A DNA stretch of 64,000 bases from contig CAVVAV010000002.1 in assembly GCA_963746405.1 (NCBI GenBank), positions 908,414-972,413 on the forward strand, written 5' to 3'. Below the pieces are notes generated by a model, which was not told where the DNA came from, did no database searches, and was given only the letters and a program-made list of their open reading frames with translations. Shown piece after piece: positions 59,783 to 64,000 of the stretch; position 1 is the stretch's first letter, and the number at the start of each line of letters is the position of its first letter. Source of the stretch: an uncultured Chloroflexia bacterium (GTDB lineage Bacteria > Chloroflexota > Limnocylindria > Limnocylindrales > CSP1-4). The position numbers and the translations under genes were made by a program.

Positions 59783-61033
59783 GCTGCCCGCGCCCGTGCG
59801 GCGCCGGACGGGCTTGCGATGGGCGTGATGCTCCTGGCTGACACGGGCGTGGCCGCTGCGCATCCCGAGCGGACGCGGTTCCGCCTCGCGGTCGGGCACG
59901 AACCCCTCCGCGACGGTCCACGGGATGGCGTGCTTGAGCATGCGCTGGACGCCGCGCAACAGGTCCACCTCGTCGATGCAGACGAGGCTGAGTGCCTCGC
60001 CCGATGCCCCGGCTCGGCCGGTCCGGCCGATGCGGTGGATGTAGTCCTGCGGGTTCCACGGCAGCTCGAAGTTCACGACGACCGGCAGGTCCTCGATGTC
60101 GAGGCCGCGGGCGGCCACGTCTGTCGCGACGAGTACCCGGATGTCCCCGGTCTTGAAGCCCTCGAGGGCGCGGGTTCGCTCCGGTTGCGACCGATCGCTG
60201 TGGATGGCGACCGCGTCGATTCCGTCCCGGTCGAGACGCGACGCGAGTCGCGACGCGGCGAGCTTGGTGCGGGTGAACACCAGGACCTGGTGCAGGTCGC
60301 TTGACCGGATCAGATGGGCGAGCAGGGCCTCTTTGCGGTCGCGGTCGACCGGATACACCAGCTGGCGGATGCCCTCGACGGTCGTGTTGCGCGGCGCGAC
60401 CTCGACCGTCTCAGGATCACGCAGGATCGTCCCGGACAGGCGCCGGATGTCGTCGGAGAAGGTGGCCGAGAACATGAGGTTCTGGCGGCGCTTCGGCAGC
60501 AGTTCGATGATCCGCTGGATGTCCGGCAGGAAGCCCATGTCGAGCATCCGGTCGGCCTCGTCGAGCACGAGGATCTCGACCTGCCCGAGGTTCGCGACCT
60601 TCTGGCCGACGAGATCGAGCAGCCGGCCCGGGGTGGCGACGAGGATCTCGACCCCGGCGCGCAGCGCCCTGATCTGGGGGTCCATCGGGATGCCGCCGTA
60701 AACCACGGTCGATCGGAGCGGGACGGTCCGGCCGTAGGTGCGGACGCTCTCGTCGACCTGCATCGCGAGCTCGCGGGTGGGGACGAGGATCAGGGAGCGT
60801 ACGGGGTGGCGCGCCGGCGAGAAGGACGTGTTCGCATGCGGGCGAAGGCGGTCCAGGATCGGCAGGGTGAAGGCCGCGGTCTTGCCGGTGCCCGTTTGCG
60901 CGGCGGCGAGCACGTCACGCCCGGCGAGCACGAGGGGGATGGCGGCTGCCTGGACGGGTGTGGGCTCTGTGTAACCCTCCTCGATGACGGTCTTGAGGAG
61001 ATCGGCCGACAGGCCGAGCGTGTCGAAGGTCAA
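59768..61033 (-). CDS. DEAD-box ATP-dependent RNA helicase
   Basis: Q motif PTPVQ, motif I AQTGTGKT, DEAD, SAT and HRIGRTGR. The TTG start at 61033 is 8 nt after AGGAG. Basic C-terminal tail. Confidence 0.8.
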   Translation of the reverse strand: MTFDTLGLSADLLKTVIEEGYTEPTPVQAAAIPLVLAGRDVLAAAQTGTGKTAAFTLPILDRLRPHANTSFSPARHPVRSLILVPTRELAMQVDESVRTYGRTVPLRSTVVYGGIPMDPQIRALRAGVEILVATPGRLLDLVGQKVANLGQVEILVLDEADRMLDMGFLPDIQRIIELLPKRRQNLMFSATFSDDIRRLSGTILRDPETVEVAPRNTTVEGIRQLVYPVDRDRKEALLAHLIRSSDLHQVLVFTRTKLAASRLASRLDRDGIDAVAIHSDRSQPERTRALEGFKTGDIRVLVATDVAARGLDIEDLPVVVNFELPWNPQDYIHRIGRTGRAGASGEALSLVCIDEVDLLRGVQRMLKHAIPWTVAEGFVPDREAEPRPLGMRSGHARVSQEHHAHRKPVRRRTGAGSRGAR

Positions 61034-61513
61034 GCGTGGCTCCTGCAGGGACCCTGGCCGTCGCGGACGGGTGTCCGTGGGCGCGCGACGGTGGCGTCGG
61101 TCGGCGCGTTGGGTGCAGCCGTCCATGGGCCGCCCGGAGCATAGCCGAAATCGGCTGGTTTGGAGCCCGGATGCACCGGCCCTAAGGACGAGTCGGCGCC
61201 CGTACATATGGCGCACTGACAGGTGTTGTGTCGCGCTGCCATACTGGCGCCAGCCCCCCAGGCTTGCAGATACCCGACAGACAGGCACAACCAAAGACTC
61301 GCCGCCCCAACGGCAGGACCCTGTCGATCTCGTTGGGTGTCCCCTCACCCGACGGCCACGGTTCGGCTCACCCGGACCGCGTCACCCCTTCGTTCGCGCT
61401 CACCGCGAATGGATGGTCGTCCGTCGTGCGTGCCTACGCTCCTGCCCCGTGGCGGCTCCACCACCGTCGTCGCGCCTCACGGCGCGATGTTCCGGAAGAA
61501 GGAGGCAAGGATC

Positions 61514-62362
61514 TTGCCGGTACCCACGAACGGCGTCCAGCGGGCGTCCAGCCACCGGTCACTTCGCCTGGCCGCACTCGCCCTGATGGCCGCGCTGGTC
61601 GTGAGCCTCGGCGCGATGGCGAACCCCCAGCAGTCCAACGCCGCGACCATCAAGGTCGTCGTCGTCGTCGGACCGGTCGGGTCCAGTACGGCGGACTACC
61701 GCAGCAGTGCCAAGTCGTACGCGGCGATCGCCCGGTCGTATGGGGCTTCGGTGAAGGAGATCTACAGCCCCTACGCGACGTGGTCCAGGGTCAAGGCAGC
61801 CGCCCAGGGCGCCAACCTCCTGATCTACCTCGGCCACGGCAACGGCTATCCCAGCCCGTACGGCGCCTTCCAGCGCTACACGAAGGACGGGATGGGACTG
61901 AACGCGACGTATGGCAACGGCAACTCCAACGTCAAGTACTTCGGCGAGTACTACATCGACCGCGACATCCAGATGGCGAAGAACGCGGTGGTGATCCTGA
62001 ACCGACTCTGCTACGCCTCGGGCAACTCGGAATGGGGCAGCGCCAATCCGACGAAGTCGACGGCGATGAAGCGGGTCGACAACTACGGTGCGGGGTTCCT
62101 GCGAGCCGGCGCCAAGGCCGTGTTCGCCGAGGCGATCTCGAGCGTGTCGTTCACGATCCGATCCCTGTTCAAGTCCTCACGGACGATGAACTCCATCTTC
62201 ACGAACCATCCGTCCGCGAGCGGCGCCCGCGACTTCTACTTCACGTCGAGCCGGACCAGCTGGGCACGTGTCCACATGGATCCACCGAGGGCCGGCAAGT
62301 ACTGGCGATCGCTGATCGGCAGCCTGACCCTGACCTCCGCACAGTGGCGCGCCGGCGGCTGA
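61514..62362 (+). CDS. secreted hypothetical protein
   Basis: The TTG at 61514 is 8 nt after GAAGGAGG (alternative ATG 61487). Signal peptide LRLAALALMAALVVSLGAMA. Asn/Gly/Tyr-rich mature region. Confidence 0.5.
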   Translation: MPVPTNGVQRASSHRSLRLAALALMAALVVSLGAMANPQQSNAATIKVVVVVGPVGSSTADYRSSAKSYAAIARSYGASVKEIYSPYATWSRVKAAAQGANLLIYLGHGNGYPSPYGAFQRYTKDGMGLNATYGNGNSNVKYFGEYYIDRDIQMAKNAVVILNRLCYASGNSEWGSANPTKSTAMKRVDNYGAGFLRAGAKAVFAEAISSVSFTIRSLFKSSRTMNSIFTNHPSASGARDFYFTSSRTSWARVHMDPPRAGKYWRSLIGSLTLTSAQWRAGG

Positions 62363-62468
62363 GCCGCCCCGCTCCGACCCAGATCGAGGCCCGGCGTCGA
62401 GCCGGGCCTCGGCATGTCAGGCACCTGGTGCCGTCGCCCGGGGGGGCCGGCCGCCGTACCATGGCGCG

Positions 62469-63041
62469 ATGACCACGACGACCGACCGACTCCCGTTCAC
62501 CGGCGACGACGAGGCCGACCGGCTGCTCGTCTCGGAGCCCCTGGCGCTGCTCATCGGGTTCGCCCTCGACCAGCAGGTCACCGTGCAGAAGGCGTTCAGC
62601 GGACCGCTCGAGCTGCAGCGCCGCGTCGGCCACCTCGATGCCGCGAAGCTGGCGGCGACCGATTCCGCCGAGCTGGACGCCGTTTTCCGCAAGCCACCGG
62701 CCCTCCACCGGTTTCCGGGCTCCATGGCCGGCAAGGTCCAGCAGCTCGCCGCCGCGATCGCGACCACCTACGACAACGATCCCGCCAGGATCTGGACGGA
62801 GGCGACCGACGGCGCCGACCTCAAGCGGCGGCTGCTCGCCCTGCCTGGCATCGGGGAGATGAAGGCCGCCGCGATCGTCGCGATCCTCGGCAAGCGCCTG
62901 GGCCTCGAACTCCCGGGGCTCGATGCGGCCATGCCCACGCACCCCACACTCGGGGATGTCGACTCGCCTGAGGCGCTTGCGTCCTATCAGGCGGGCAAGC
63001 GCGCGATGAAGGCGGAGCAGCGGGCGGCCGCCAAGAGCTGA
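62469..63041 (+). CDS. HhH-GPD family base-excision repair protein (endonuclease-III-like domain, no Fe-S cluster)
   Basis: Helix-hairpin-helix LLALPGIGEMKAAAIVAIL. Confidence 0.5.
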   Translation: MTTTTDRLPFTGDDEADRLLVSEPLALLIGFALDQQVTVQKAFSGPLELQRRVGHLDAAKLAATDSAELDAVFRKPPALHRFPGSMAGKVQQLAAAIATTYDNDPARIWTEATDGADLKRRLLALPGIGEMKAAAIVAILGKRLGLELPGLDAAMPTHPTLGDVDSPEALASYQAGKRAMKAEQRAAAKS

Positions 63042-63103
63042 CCTCGGCCGCCGCGGGTGCGCATCCGGTGCCCGGCTTCGGCGCGACCCAGCCGGACACG
63101 AAA

Positions 63104-63130
63104 CGACCCCGGCACCCGAAGCCGGGGTCG
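63104..63130 (+). terminator. perfect 10-bp stem hairpin CGACCCCGGC-acccgaa-GCCGGGGTCG
   Basis: Seen directly. It lies 60 nt after the stop at 63041 and may serve both convergent genes. Confidence 0.4.
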
Positions 63131-63153
63131 TCCGTCTGCGCGGGGTAGCTACC

Positions 63154-63309
63154 TCAGCGGCTCGGTACGAGCCAGGGACGCCGATCCGGGTCGTCGATGC
63201 CGGGACGGGAGTCGACGCCGAAACGGAACGCCGCGACCGCAAACGCCACGAGCAGTGCGATGAACAAGGCGGCCACAGCGACGGCGGCCACGACCTGATC
63301 GAGCATCAT
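63154..63309 (-). CDS. small membrane protein (51 aa)
   Basis: MMLDQVVAAVAVAALFIALLVAFAVAAFRF... One TM helix. Weak call. Confidence 0.3.
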   Translation of the reverse strand: MMLDQVVAAVAVAALFIALLVAFAVAAFRFGVDSRPGIDDPDRRPWLVPSR

Positions 63310-63328
63310 GTCTTTCGCCGTTCCTTTC

Positions 63329-63439
63329 CAGTCCAATGGCGTCAGTTGAGATTCGGCGCCTTGACATTGGACTGTTGACTCCCGCATGATGCGCCGCATG
63401 GAAGACCAGTCCAATAGCCAATCCATCGCAAGTGGACTG
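63329..63439. promoter_or_regulatory. low-GC island with four copies of the CAGTCCAAT motif (two direct, two inverted): candidate MocR operator/promoter
   Basis: Motif copies at 63329 (direct), 63365 (inverted), 63407 (direct) and 63429 (inverted, CAAGTGGACTG). Local GC is about 52% against about 72% elsewhere. There is also a TTGACA-like element at 63361. Confidence 0.45.
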
Positions 63440-63472
63440 AAAAGGCAATCGACAGTCTCTGCGGCCAGCCTC

Positions 63473-64000
63473 GTGGACCTCATCGGCCCGTGGGCGGATG
63501 GGGCCGACCCGCTGAACGAGCAGCTGGCGGAGGCCCTCGCCCGCGCGATCGATCTGGGTCTGCTCCCACCCGGGACCCGCTTGCCGGCGGAGCGCGAGCT
63601 CGCTCGCGAACTCGCCCTGAGCCGCACGACGATCGTTGCCGCCTACGACCGTCTCCGCCTTGCCGGTCTCGCTCGCAGCCGCCAGGGCAGCGGCACGCGT
63701 GTGGCCGCCCGACGGCCCGGCCTGACACAGGCCTATCTCGCGCCGCTGGACGCCACGGATTCGGACGCGGTCCTCATGCCGACGGCCACGGCCGCCCCCG
63801 CTGTCGGGCTGCTGACCCCGCTCGTCGACGACGCGATCGAGCTGACCGTCGGCGCACTCCCCGCGGGATCGATCGTGGCGGACGCGATGGCCGCGGCCGT
63901 GCGTGACGACCTGCCGGCCCTGCTGCTCGACACCGGCTACGACCCGTTCGGCCTGCCGGCCCTGCGCGATCGCATCGCCGGCTATCTCACGCGCCTCGGC
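63473..64000 (+). CDS. GntR-family (MocR-type, PLP aminotransferase-like) transcriptional regulator, 3'-truncated at window edge
   Basis: GntR HTH (LPAERELARELALSRTTIVAAYDRL) followed by the start of an aminotransferase-like domain. The ORF is open to the end of the window. GTG 63473 was preferred over ATG 63386 so that the motif island stays non-coding. Confidence 0.55.
   Translation, partial: MDLIGPWADGADPLNEQLAEALARAIDLGLLPPGTRLPAERELARELALSRTTIVAAYDRLRLAGLARSRQGSGTRVAARRPGLTQAYLAPLDATDSDAVLMPTATAAPAVGLLTPLVDDAIELTVGALPAGSIVADAMAAAVRDDLPALLLDTGYDPFGLPALRDRIAGYLTRLG

Overview
This is a high-GC (about 70%) actinobacterial-type chromosomal segment, probably Thermoleophilia- or Rubrobacteria-like. 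It is densely packed with about 55 protein-coding genes. I found no rRNA, tRNA, CRISPR array, transposase or integrase. Gene content is mostly housekeeping and metabolic. Identifiable genes include acs, moaA, punA, thyX, greA, tag, a DEAD-box helicase, an aquaporin, an MscS channel, an MFS transporter, several aminotransferases, a five-gene Dpp/Opp-type peptide ABC transporter flanked by a CocE/NonD peptidase, a NUDIX hydrolase and a sarcosine-oxidase-like flavoprotein, and DinB, RidA and cupin proteins. Five loci stand out. (1) A minus-strand chain of five genes: a small cNMP-binding protein, an adenylate-cyclase/STAND (NB-ARC plus TPR) protein whose cyclase domain is interrupted by a 1-nt frameshift, a 71-aa Zn-ribbon protein, thyX and a bicupin. 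A second cNMP-binding protein plus a flavoprotein is transcribed divergently next to it. (2) A two-gene cassette: a receiver-domain/ParA-MinD ATPase followed by a 490-aa very acidic coiled-coil protein carrying an (ET)n microsatellite and a C-terminal globular domain. (3) A 1834-aa sensor kinase built from six tandem, internally repeated GAF modules plus four PAS domains, followed by a stand-alone receiver and a NarL-type regulator. (4) greA reads through, with no intervening stop, from an upstream ~210-aa uncharacterised domain. (5) Several short perfect tandem duplications overlap stop codons, and there are operator-like palindromes and a low-GC motif island upstream of a MocR-type regulator. 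All calls come from reading the sequence and from remembered family motifs. No database search was run.
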